64,000 bases of DNA from Anthoceros angustus. Lineage: Eukaryota > Plantae > Anthocerotophyta. A program made the position numbers and the translations under genes. The notes beneath the pieces are model-generated. The model was not told where the DNA came from and did no database searches. It worked only from the letters and a program-made list of their open reading frames with translations. The stretch is taken from positions 1 to 64,000 of the forward strand of contig VJWM01000255.1 of NCBI GenBank assembly GCA_010909165.1, given 5' to 3'. Positions 13,720-24,603 of the stretch are shown here, in pieces (within the stretch, counting starts at the first letter, position 1; each line of letters opens with the position of its first letter).

Positions 13720-14174
13720 TGAAGAGAGCTACGGCTCACTCAAGTTTCTTCCATTTTATGGAGCTCATTGAAGGCGCGACCATTGTATTGAGGTCATAGC
13801 TCCTGGCATGCATCACGGACACCATCTTTGCGATCGACCAAGGCTGTACATTGTGATTTGACATGTGAAAGATGTCATATTTTGCTCATTCAATTTGAAA
13901 CATACATTCAAATGGTTGAGGGAATGTGTTACTTGTTTGATAAAGGCAATGATTCAAACCCGTGAAAGCCAAAACCGGCGACGTGAACCTCGTAAACCAA
14001 AAGCGGCATAGGTACGCCACACGCTTACGCAAGTGCTTGATGAGGCGGGAGTTGGGAGAAGCAGCCAAGTCCATGGGCAAGAACAATGGTTTTGATGACC
14101 CAGAAGTGGAGCGCATGTGGAACTTAGAAGTGGTCATACATTCAGTGTTGGCTCAAGGCCCGTATGAGTTCTGA
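13720..14174 (+). pseudogene. C-terminal remnant of the MTase gene (copy B) inside the TIR element
   Basis: KAKTGD...KSMGKNNGFDDPEVERMWNLEVVIHS aligns with copy C KTKTGA...RAMGENDSFDEEEVERLRNLAIVMDS and copy D KEKTGD...EAYEERLRNMTLVPDS. Confidence 0.7.
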
Positions 14175-15371
14175 TTGGTCCCCATGAGGACCATTCCGCG
14201 TAACGCTTGCATGTGCTCGTTTTAAAGTTTACCGTTTTGTCCCAGTCGTTGTGGGCGCCGCCATGTCGGCGTTCACACACAACTTCGGTTTTGTTTCTTT
14301 CCAAAGTATAACCATGTTTAGTTTTGATATGAATTTATTGAATGGTGTCCATGAACACATCACGGGGCTGGCGGCGGCGCCTAGATAGGCTCTCTATCAT
14401 GTCAATGGAAAGAATGCGAGACTTTTCGATTGTGGATGGAATAAAGAGGCTAATGTCATTTTGAAGACCTAGGGTTTAAATCCTCTTTTAAGGAATGTCA
14501 ATTTCACGAAGGGATCTTCCATAATTATGGTGTTGGTGCGAATCGTAATTTAGCAATGGTGTTGGATTGATTATCCGCTCAGCCTGGATGAGTCTGGCCC
14601 GTCATATTCCTCCATTCTAAAGTAGAGACTCAAAACATTGGATTGACGGTGAAAGATCCATTTTTTTTGTGGTATAGATAGTCCACCAGTAGTTCCCCAC
14701 AAAATAGCACAAGGCTTGAGTGTTGTGATAGACCTGTTAGGGCGCCAGCCGGCCGGCGCCCTGATGGGTCATTGTAGTGGAGGCAACTGGTAAACATTTG
14801 ATGTGTAAGTGTATGTACCCCAGGAATGGAGGTGATGTTTTTAACCTGACGTAAAAAGGCTATTTTTGGACTGGGCAGTGTTTGGTCAAGAGGGTCCGAC
14901 CCCAGAAGAAGAGGGTTTGTATATTCCCCCCCTTGCAAAATTATCGTGTTGTGGGTTCGCTCGACGCAGGCTCCTCCTCTCGTGAAAGATTGCTGTTGAA
15001 TGTACTTTGTGTTGCTGTTGGTTGGCCTCCTGCAGGGTGACTGGCGCTCGACTACGCTCGCGTCAGGTGTTTGTACACGGCAATTGGCCCGAGAGAAATA
15101 CCGATTAGCCGTCAGAGCGGTTGTCGCAAGGAGGCGTAAGCTGGCCGAACGGTAGAGTTAGATTTGGGATCGTATGAAGTGAGTTTGTATGTGGTGATTT
15201 GTGAACTGTGTTTCTTTTGAGAATGGTGAAGCGGTTGGGTATGGATGTGTCGTTGTAGATCGAGTTGAACGTTGTAGTTGGCATAGGAGAGTGTTGGGGT
15301 GGCTAAGAAGTAGGAAATCCTGGAAGGCGTGGAGCGGCGCCGTGGGCCAGGCAACCCAGAACCGCATAACA

Positions 15372-16758
15372 CCCGTTTGTTGCCCATACTGAGGACAAGT
15401 AGACCGGGGCGGGATGATGAGAGCGAGAGAGTGAGAGGAACGACTCGCAAACAGTCCGAACCAAATCTCTTGGGATCGAACCTACGTATTCAACGACCGT
15501 GGGATAAGTGTGGCCACCGAGGCGAGCTCCGGGTGACCGAGGCAAACCTACCACATCTCTGTTCTTTTGCGGTTTGGACTAACAATCATGTGTTTGGCAG
15601 CAACTGAAGGATATTGAGGTCCTTTCCAAACTTCCAGACGTCTTCCAACATTTGATTTTTGAAGTTAATAATTGGAAGGGACTGGAGGACGAGCAGCGTG
15701 CTCTGGCGGACAAGGACCTTGAGGAAGGATTGGATGTCTTCAATGTGCCATCCTCGGAAAAGCAAGTACAATAGCAAGTGGAAAGCAGAGATGTCTTAGA
15801 CATGCGAGGATTTCTGAGAGGACGGAAGTACACACTTCTGGTGATGGACGTTCCAAGGGGGTTTCAAATTGGGCCCTTGGACAAACGAGTTGACAAGCAG
15901 ATGATGGACCTTTTGCGAGCTTTTGGAGAAAACTACTCGGATGAGTTGAGAATGATTGTCATGCATGGTGTGGAGGAGGCTCACACCGTGAGGGAGTCAA
16001 TGCGAAAGTGGAGCAAGAAAGGGGCTTGGTCTCATTTGTATGGGACAAGACCAACATGAACAATAGCGGTGGGTTGAAGCGTGGAATATGTCACGGTGGG
16101 GTGGGGCATGAAAGATGGGTTCAGGGGATAGAGTTCCAATGATGCCTAATGCCATGCCACACTTTCAACAATGGGAGGTCTGTGATCGCACACGATACGG
16201 TTGTGAAAAGCAGTGTACATGTCCCAAGACAATGGTGGTTTGCCCATACGAGGCCTCGGGCTTATGATGAAACTTATCGAACCTTCTTGCGAGAGGGATT
16301 GGATTTTGGATGTATGCTCGGGAGTGGGACAACGTTATTGGCTTCCCTACTATGCGGAATTGTATTCTTTGTTGGGCGACTTGAGGTGTGCGGGATACAT
16401 TCCACAGTTCTTGGGCATGAGGTTACGATCTTGAAGAAGAGGCGGCGTTTGGCGCCCACCGCAGGACTTGCGATTCAGGCAAAGGAGGTGTGTATCGGTG
16501 AAGGACTCCTGGCCAGTTGTTTCCTTAAACGCAAGGCGGCTGAAGACCAAAACTGGTGCCCTTTTGGCAGAGGGACAACAAACTTTGGATAGTGTTTGGC
16601 AGCCTTCCACGACCCCTGACGACGACGCCACAGGAGTACAGGAAGACACAAGGGCGATGGGGGAGAACGATAGCTTCGATGAAGAGGAAGTGGAGCGCTT
16701 GCGAAATCTGGCTATTGTGATGGATTCGGAGTTTTCTCTACCCCCTGGCGAGTCCTAA
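15372..16758 (+). pseudogene. Beta-class N4/N6 DNA amino-methyltransferase, frameshifted (copy C)
   Basis: YTLLVMDVPRG (motif IV position) precedes LGLMMKLIE...WILDVCS-GSGTTLLASLLCG (motifs X and I); homologous along its length to 17495-18811; one in-frame stop and several 1-nt indels. Confidence 0.8.
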
Positions 16759-16889
16759 GTTAGCCCTAGGGAATAGGCTTAGTGTTCTCATATCATGTGC
16801 ATCTGCTGCATCGTTTAGATCGCAATCTTTTATGGACCCGTTGCATTGAGGCAATTGATGTCTTCAGTTTTGCTTGTTCCAAAGAAACA

Positions 16890-17104
16890 ATGAAAAGGCG
16901 CCGTCCGGGCGGCGCCCTCTCGCCATTTTGATGTCTTTGTTGCGCGAATATGGTTTTTCTCAATACCAACGTGTTGGAACATGGTCGACCTTTCTTTAAA
17001 AAGAGCTAAAACGCATATTTCGGGACTGTGTGTAATGTGCTAAGAGGGTTTTCATTTCACGGAAGGGGGTTCGGATATTCACCCCCTTCACAAGATATCA
17101 TGTT
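16890..17104. mobile_element. Diverged right terminus of the same TIR family
   Basis: 17075-17104 matches 14921-14950 at 23/30 ungapped positions. A GGACTG...AAGAGGGT block ends 55 bp from the terminus in both. A GGCGCC...GGCGCCC motif lies 207 vs 209 bp from the terminus. Confidence 0.7.
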
Positions 17105-17334
17105 TATTGCACAAGAAATTGCATATCATCCAGGTTGCCATGGCAAAGCACTTAGGGTGTTCATCCTTTGAGATGGTGAGACAAGAGTACCCACAACATT
17201 CCACAAACGAAGTTGTCGCATGGTTCCAGATTGCATTCGAAGGAAAGGTAATTCGTTTTTTATACTGACAAGTTTCATTGGAATTGTAGGTCGCGGACAG
17301 AGGGAGGGGGAGCAAACCATTCTCATGGAGAAGC

Positions 17335-17530
17335 GTCGGCATGCCGGCGCCCCTCCATGAGGATGGTTAGTCGGCAAAAGGGCGCCGTCATGCCGGCGCC
17401 CTCCCCCTAGTCTAGGGGAGGGCACCGCATGACCGCCTGCTCGACCTCATAGGTCGGGGCGCCGGCATGCCGCGGCTCCCCCAGCCTCGCTGAGGTGCAC
17501 AATGAAATGAGGGCGTCGGCATGCCGGCGT
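17335..17530. repeat. GC-rich array of GGCATGCCGGCGCCC/CTCCCC motifs
   Basis: Repeated GCATGCCGGCG and GGCGCCC motifs, related to 13246-13390. Confidence 0.7.
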
Positions 17531-18811
17531 CCTCCCTTCCCCATAGAGTCATTCCTGACACCCAATGTATTTTCTGTGCACCAACACAAAGACATTGAAG
17601 TCCTCACCAAGTGCTCTGAAAACTTTCAACAGTTTATTTATGAGGTGAACACATGGAAGGGCTTGGAGGATGAGCAACGAGAGCTCACAGATAGGGACAT
17701 AGAGGAGGGATTGCTGCAATTCACTATCCCACAATCGAAGAAAAAAGTGCAGTATCAAATTCATGCAAGAGATGTCCAGGATATGCGAGGATTTGTGAGA
17801 AAAAGGAGGTACTCTTTGCTTGTAATGGATGTGCTACGTGGGTTCGACAAAGGCCCTAAGGATGGAAGGTTTGATGCTTGGCAAGTGGGTAATATTTTGC
17901 ATTCCTTCCATGACTTAACTGAATGCGATCAGTTTAGGGTGATCATAATGCATGGTGTGGAAGATTCACATATTGTGCGGGAGCCTATGCGAAAGTGGTG
18001 CCAGAGGGGTGGGCTTGTTTCATTTGTGTGGGACAAGACAAATGTCAACAACAACAAGGGTGGGTTCGATACTATCGAGTACGTCACTGTTGGTTGGGGT
18101 GTGAAGAAAAGCTCTCAGTTGCAGCGGGCAGTCATGTTACGTAATGCTTTGCAAGTCACTTTCAATAATGGTCGGTCAGTGATTGCCCACAACACTGTTG
18201 TGAAAAAGCTGGTATACCATTCACTTGACAAACTTGTTGTCTGCCCCTACCAGTGGCCTCTAGGTTTGATGATGAAGCTCATCAAGACATTCTCCAAGGA
18301 AAGGGAATGGATATTGGATGCATGTACAGGTAGTGAGACATCTTTCATGGCTGCCTTGTTGTCTTGCTGCAATTGTATTTCTATCGAGGCAGACAAGAGA
18401 TGTGCAGAATTCATTCCACAACTTGTACATGGGTATGAAGTACTGCACGATGCGGAGGAGGAGCTGACGCACGAGCCGCATCGTCGAGGTCCATCTCCAT
18501 TTTGGTCTAAGGAGGTTTGCGTGAGCGAAAAGGATATTGGGAAGGCTCAAATTGTGCCCCTAGGGTCGAAGAGAATGAAAGAAAAGACTGGAGACCCTCT
18601 GGATGAGGGACAACAGACACTAGACGGTGTTTGGCACTCAACCTCTGAAATTGACGGGAAGGACTACGATGACGCCCAGGCAATGATGGATGTTGACACT
18701 TCCAGAGAGGCATACGAAGAACGTCTTAGAAACATGACCTTGGTTCCCGATAGTGTAGCCGGATTGTGTGTAGTTGAATCTCAGGTCCCCCAAGACCCTG
18801 AACTTCCTTAG
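17495..18811 (+). CDS. Beta-class N4/N6 DNA amino-methyltransferase-like ORF (copy D), 438 aa uninterrupted, probably 5'-truncated
   Basis: YSLLVMDVLRG ... FVWDKTN ... IEYVTVGW ... CPYQWPLGLMMKLIKTFSKEREWILDACTGSETSFMAALLSCCNCISIEADKRCAEFI follows the N6_N4_Mtase pattern (HPTQKP-x-LL-xx-LI...GD-x-VLDPF-x-GSGTT-xx-AA....IGIE). Homology to copy C starts at ~17550. Confidence 0.85.
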   Translation: MHNEMRASACRRPPFPIESFLTPNVFSVHQHKDIEVLTKCSENFQQFIYEVNTWKGLEDEQRELTDRDIEEGLLQFTIPQSKKKVQYQIHARDVQDMRGFVRKRRYSLLVMDVLRGFDKGPKDGRFDAWQVGNILHSFHDLTECDQFRVIIMHGVEDSHIVREPMRKWCQRGGLVSFVWDKTNVNNNKGGFDTIEYVTVGWGVKKSSQLQRAVMLRNALQVTFNNGRSVIAHNTVVKKLVYHSLDKLVVCPYQWPLGLMMKLIKTFSKEREWILDACTGSETSFMAALLSCCNCISIEADKRCAEFIPQLVHGYEVLHDAEEELTHEPHRRGPSPFWSKEVCVSEKDIGKAQIVPLGSKRMKEKTGDPLDEGQQTLDGVWHSTSEIDGKDYDDAQAMMDVDTSREAYEERLRNMTLVPDSVAGLCVVESQVPQDPELP

Positions 18812-19419
18812 TTGGCCAAAACATATCGTATTCGCGTATATCGTAGGGGGCACTTTTGGAGTTCTTGGCATGTCTTCGATATTAAGTTGTCATGTGTCTG
18901 GCCATCAGGCCTATTTTGAATATATCGGAACGGACATACCCTAATTATAACAAAGGATTTCTGCTTGGGCACTAGCATGCCTGCGCCTTGGCACCATCAT
19001 TTCAAACGATTTGGACACATCGATGGATTGCCAAGCGCAGGCGGAGGTGCTTTTGAAGTGTCGTGTTTAATATGAATTAGTGACCGGACAATAACTACCA
19101 AGCGGCGGCAACTTTCTCATATCCGGTGTTCATTATTCCGCCGGAATGAATATTATGGTGTTAGGAGAAAGGCCGGTAAGTCTTCATATTGTTGTAGGTC
19201 CTAAACAGTAATGTGCCACCTATTTGCATGCTACTTGGTTGTTACTTATATGATACTCGCATGTTGCGTGCATAATTAGAGCTAACATGTGCTTTTCCTC
19301 TCTACCAGCCAATGGCAAGGCAAAGCAAAAGGAAAAACCCAAGTAAGAATCCAATGAGCTCTTGTGCTCTACTAGCAAGCTATTTAATTGCCAAGTTGGC
19401 AAGTGCGACTACCTCGCAA

Positions 19420-19900
19420 CATCAATTAAAAGATGGGACAATGGACCATGACCATGTTGAAAGAAGCCTTGGCTGCTTTTGACCAGCAATGTCTCATAGA
19501 TATTGCTTGTGGCAATGCAACTTCCTGGCTTTACATTTTCAAGGGTTCAGCCACACTATGTCCAAGACAAACCTCATGACGTTTTTTTTTGTTCAAGAGG
19601 ACGGTGCTATTGGCTGTAGACAGAGCATGCATTCCAAACAATAGATATCTTCCTACAGTGGTTGGAGTGCTATTTCCTTTGGCAAGTTGGAAGCACCAGG
19701 AGCTCAACCTACAAACATGTTTTGCTCTTTGATGGGGTAGAATAACATATTTCATTGAAGGCTGCTTCTTACTACGAGAAATGAGCTTGATTGTCATCCG
19801 CATGCCAAACTGCGCCGGCCATGGGTACAACCTCTAGATGTTGAGGTGTCTATATCAATTAAGAGTGCCATGAAAGTAAGAAAAGCATACCTTGAGGACC
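19420..19900 (+). pseudogene. Degenerate pogo/Fot1-like (Tc1-mariner, DDE_1) transposase fragment
   Basis: IFLQWLECYF...KHVLLFDGVE*HISLKAA (~19645-19765) and VQPLDVEVSISIKSAMK (~19825-19875). Confidence 0.65.
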
Positions 19901-21466
19901 AAGGGGAACTGGGGATGAATGCCTTTAGAAACTCTTGGGCACCATGTGAGTCAAGCAATCAAAGATTCACTTAAGAGCCAAGAACCTCATTATTGGTTTC
20001 AGAGTTGTTGGGATATGGCCATTAGATTGAAAATAAGGATTGAGGATGGCTACAGTGAAAGTGTTTTTGGTGCTGGTGTGGTTAGAACCTTTGCAATTAC
20101 AATATAGGCTAGGAAGGTATAGATTATTTATTCGATTATAGTTTGAACAAATTCTATTTAACATGCTTACCATAATCTTATCTAAAATTACGAGCAGAAA
20201 AAAATTCTCTCACGAAAACTCCGCTTCCAAAACACTCCTTGCGAACTCTTTGAGAACGTCGTCGTCTTCTATGGGTTAAAGTGTATATGGCTTGAGAAGC
20301 CTTTAGTGTGTTCCGTGAGCAGACAGCTGTTAAGCCATTGAAGTCTTCCGTGAGCACCACATGTAATAGAGAGCGTCACTGTTTCCAGTCTGGTCTAAGC
20401 AGAGGGGCCCATAGGAGACATGAGTACAGAACTGAACAGGCAGTGAATATGAAGAGCCCACAACTCACCAGCATCTAGGTCGAGGAGGGAAAGGGAGGCT
20501 CCCAACCCACTGAGTTGGAGCAAGTCTGCAAGATTTGGTGTCAGTGGGTTGATCCCGGGGAGGAAGGGAAGTGGGGGAGAAAAGAAGGGCGATGGGGAGG
20601 GACGTGGCAAGAAGAGATTAGGATTGGATCTGGAGGGAATAAAGAGGGACGTGGTAAGGGGGAAAAGACCTTGGGGGCACGGATCTGCAGGCAACGTGAG
20701 GAAAGGGGAACAAGAAAAGAAAGGGAGGAGGAAAAAGGTCCCTGTTGAGGAAGAAGATGCAGCGTCGTCCTCCCGGCCACGAACCGCGCCGTTCTTCGCC
20801 GCCCACACACCGAGTTCGGGCGGCGAGGCGCGGGAGTGTTGTGTGCTGCCTTTGACACACCACAAGCTCATTTGCACAAAACCATGTGGTGGGCACAACA
20901 CGATGTGTGCCGGACGCCGCACAAATTAATCTAACACCTCACCGTCTCCATCGAGCATCCAATTTTCGCACGCCTCAAGGGCACTTTCTTGTGGATTGGT
21001 TCTTCATGTCAGCGATATTTCCACGATTGACATCGCCGGCACTGTGCCCCTTCAGGACGTACAGGCGAACCGCCACTGATACTTTCGGATTTGGAATCGA
21101 TCTTGAGAATCTTCTGGCACCGCAATTGAACGACATACATGCCAAGCCAAGCCAGCCAACGCTGTGGGAAATGGACAACGGACAATCCACGTGGTCTCTT
21201 GCTTGTTAGCCGATTGTACCTCAGACAAGACAGTACGATTGATCGATCACCACAGAAAGAGAGTACGACTGGTCAAAGGTCCCATGACTCACAGGAAGCC
21301 AGCCATCCAGGATGAACAATGCATTATTCGTACCAGTTTATAAATGCATTGTTGATCAGCTAGAGCTGTACCACCTCGGCCGCTCTCTCTCCAGCACACC
21401 AGAAGGATAGCTTGGTCGGAATCCTGAACTCCTGTTTACTTGGAGGTTCTTGAGGTACTTTGATCC

Positions 21467-23650
21467 ATGACTGCAGCAAGAGATGGGCCTGCGTGGCCTA
21501 CCGATCAAGAGCTTTTGGCGGAAATTGAAGCTGTCAGCGAGGACTCAGCGGCGGTCCAACACCAAGTGTTGCGAGTCATCTTAGAGAGGCATGGCTCCTG
21601 CCATTACCTGCAAAAACTGGGCTTGGATGAGAGAACTACACTGGAGGCTTTCAAAGCCAGAGTGCCACTTTCTACGGCTGCAGACTATTTACAAGATTTT
21701 GAGAAGCTTTTGGACGGGAACAGGGAGCCTCTTCTCTGCTGCTCCCTTCCTATTGCATTTGTCAGAAGGTGCGATCAGCTGAGCTTGTTCAATTGCAAAA
21801 GACTTTTTGTCAAAGCTTCATTGCCACTGCTGCGTGGATTTGGGCCATTCCTGACTGCTCCTTCTTCTTGTGCAGTTCCGGGACTTCTGCTGGTATAACG
21901 AAGTACTTTCCAGTGACAAGGGAATCCGCTGACGGTCTTCTACTCACGTATCCAAGAGCAATTACACGAAGGTACGTGGTAGTAGCTGGACCAGGTCATC
22001 ACCTACATCGTTCTGCACTGCAGAACGCTGCTGCAGAATGTGCAGGCTGTAAGATTGTCTGCCTGCACTACTTATAACGTTGTGAGCCTGTTGGATGTCC
22101 AGCTGCTTCCCCAGCAAACTGCCTCCTGGAGTAGGGAAGGCTGGTATAGTCGTCACTGCAGGAAAGAGACAAGACACCAAAAGTGGTGCCAAGGCCAGCA
22201 CACTCGTAACAAGACAACTGGATACCAAGGAATTCGAGTACTTCCACACGCACGTAGCTCAAATTGCAAGCCCGATAGAAGTACTGCGAGCTGAGGATAC
22301 CCAGCAAGCGATGTATGGTCATCTCCTTTGTCTACTGGCTCAATCCGATGTTGTCGAAAGCATTGAGTCCGTTTTTGCGTACTCGATGGTGGAGCTGTTC
22401 CGATCTCTTGAGGCATGGTGGCCAAGCCTGTGTCATGACATCAAGACAGCAGATGTGAACAAAAACATCGTTACCGATTCTGTGATCAGAGAAGCAATCT
22501 TGTCAACGGTGAGTAGTAGAGTACCCTGTGATGTCCGCAGAGTGAAAATCCTTTACACGAGTCTTGATGGTTCAGGAGACGGCGTCACAGCCTACACCCC
22601 TGACTTGCAAGTTGGTCAAACTGCCAGGTGTTGTCAAAGCCCCTTCCAGAAATCGCACACCGGATTCAGCAGGAGTTCGGGGAGGGACAACGGAATGGAA
22701 TTGTTCTGCGCCTTTTCCCCAACCTCCAGTACCTAGTTTGTATCAGTACGGGTCCCATGAAACCATTCTCTCCTGTTCTTGATCGGTACACTAGCACGTA
22801 TTTCCCAAAGTTGGCACTTGGGTACGGCTCCTCTGAAGCGGGCCATTGCGCCTTCCCTCTGAAAAAGACTCTCCATGATCCTGAATCCTTTTCCTTCTGG
22901 CCAAAGTTCGCCTTCTACGAGTTTCTTCCAGAAACACGGGATGAAGCGAGGGCAGCCGAATTGGCAGGAGCAGCGGAGAATCTTGAGGAGCAGGAGCCTG
23001 TGGAGTTGACAGAAGTGAAGCTGGGCCAAAAGTATGAGCTTCTTCTCACCACTCCAGCAGGACTGTACCGTTACCGCACAGAGGACATCCTCCAGGTGAT
23101 AGACTTCCACAAATCGCTCCCGGTCTTCAAGTTCGTCTGCCGCAAAGGAGTGATGCTGAGCATCAACACCGATAAGACTGACGAAGCCGAGCTGCAGAAT
23201 GTGGTGCACAAGGCCACTGGAAGGCTGGAACAAGGGCTAGATGTCTTTCTCTCAAACTATTCCAGCTTTGCTGACCATTCCACTACTCCTGGCCACTATG
23301 TCATCTACTGGGAGCTGGAAAACGCACTAGCGGAAAGCCCTCCCGATGCAGAGCAAGTTTTGCAGGAATGCTGTGACCTACTGGATTCCTCGCTCAACGA
23401 ACCCTACCGACGAGGACGAAAAAACGGATCCATCGGCCCTCTGGAGCTCAAACTCGTCACGCAGGGAACATTCACCAACTTGAGAAACTATGCTGTGCAG
23501 CGAGGTTCTAATCTGTCACAGTACAAGACTCCTCGCTGCGTGGTTAACCCCGCCCTGTCAGAAATCCTGAACGAAGGAACAGAGCACTCTTTTCGAAGCT
23601 CCTTCACAGCTTGGGAGCCTATTCAGAATGTAGGCCTAAAGACCTTCTGA
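21467..23650 (+). CDS. GH3: GH3 family acyl-acid amido synthetase, 4 exons
   Basis: SSGTSAG, YGSSE and GLYRYRTEDI motifs; C-terminal PGHYVIYWE...YRRGR..GSIGPLELKLV..GTF...QYKTPRCV; GT-AG introns near 21770, 21970 and 22510. Confidence 0.95.
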
Positions 23651-24087
23651 TGGCACCAGTCTCTGCAACTGTCAAAATTACACAACATCTGACAATTCCA
23701 ACCCTGCTTATTTGTCCTGACACAGACACAGACTCTCTTCCGGCATTACTCCCAACGTACACAGTTTTCGTCCTTACGTGTCTTGGAATCCATTTTTTTG
23801 TTGCTGCATCTATGAATTGTTCTATGCATCAAGATTCTTGTCTTGGAATTACTCGATGATTGTCATAAAAAAGACTCTTGTCTTGGAATGCTGCCTCACG
23901 CGCTGAGCCATGGCCAACGCAACTGCTCGTATTACCGATGAGGAGCAAAACGCATGGAAGCCAGGGATGTCATCACGAGTACAGCTGAACGAGAACTTGA
24001 ACATTGAGAAAGGACGGTGATGGAGGATGCGTACCCAATAATTTACCCTAGAACACGAGTTTGAAAGCAACATCCTCGGGCGGGACA

Positions 24088-24603
24088 CTAAACCTGCATG
24101 TTCCGGGCCAGAGCAAAACATTCAGCAGTCAAGCGAACTCGTTCTGCGGCCGTTCTGAGGCGGTCGGCCGCTTCACCATCGGCAAATTCGTCGTCCAGGG
24201 CTTGCCGCTTTGCGAACTCAGCCGAGACTGCCATATCCAGGTTCTTGAGCCTCTGATCAGCATCCACGCCGTTCAGGTACTTGATGCGGTCCTCAGCTGC
24301 CAGAATCCGGTTCTTCAAGCTGCGCAGCTCAGCCTGGCGCTCTGATTGTCGGAAAGCTTCCAGAGCTTCTCCCATGAGCTGAACGAACGACTCTCCCCAG
24401 GCGTGCGCCGACTTGAGCTCCTCATACGACACCTCCTTGTCGCACGCCTTGAGCTGGGCAGAGAATTCCGCCAGTTGCAAAGGATCTGCGGCCGCGCTTG
24501 TAGGCGACTGCGGTCCTACCTTCCCCTTCACCTCGTCACTGCAGATCTCCAGCAGCCTGGAAAACCTCTCCTTCCAGCGCCTATCTTCTTCCACGGTACT
24601 CAT
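24088..24603 (-). CDS. Uncharacterised coiled-coil protein (core exon; gene may extend both ways)
   Basis: 171-aa ORF with helical composition; possible downstream exon after a GT..AG intron near 24090-24050; no family recognised. Confidence 0.5.
   Translation of the reverse strand: MSTVEEDRRWKERFSRLLEICSDEVKGKVGPQSPTSAAADPLQLAEFSAQLKACDKEVSYEELKSAHAWGESFVQLMGEALEAFRQSERQAELRSLKNRILAAEDRIKYLNGVDADQRLKNLDMAVSAEFAKRQALDDEFADGEAADRLRTAAERVRLTAECFALARNMQV

Larger units (their letters stand above)
12256..14950. mobile_element. Internally deleted TIR DNA transposon (2695 bp) with 4-bp TSD
   Basis: Left TIR AACACGATAATTTTGCAAGGGGAATATA (12256-12283) is the reverse complement of 14920-14950 except for G/C-run length. 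Direct repeat GTGG flanks both ends (12252-12255, 14951-14954). Confidence 0.85.

Noticed and set aside
12256-14950. Reading the AACA/TGTT ends as termini of two flanking LTRs instead of a TIR
   Set aside because: A 22-bp perfect inverted repeat plus the GTGG duplication is more simply explained by one TIR insertion.
20395-20929. Several 90-175 aa ORFs
   Set aside because: Purine/pyrimidine-skewed low-complexity sequence with no family motifs.
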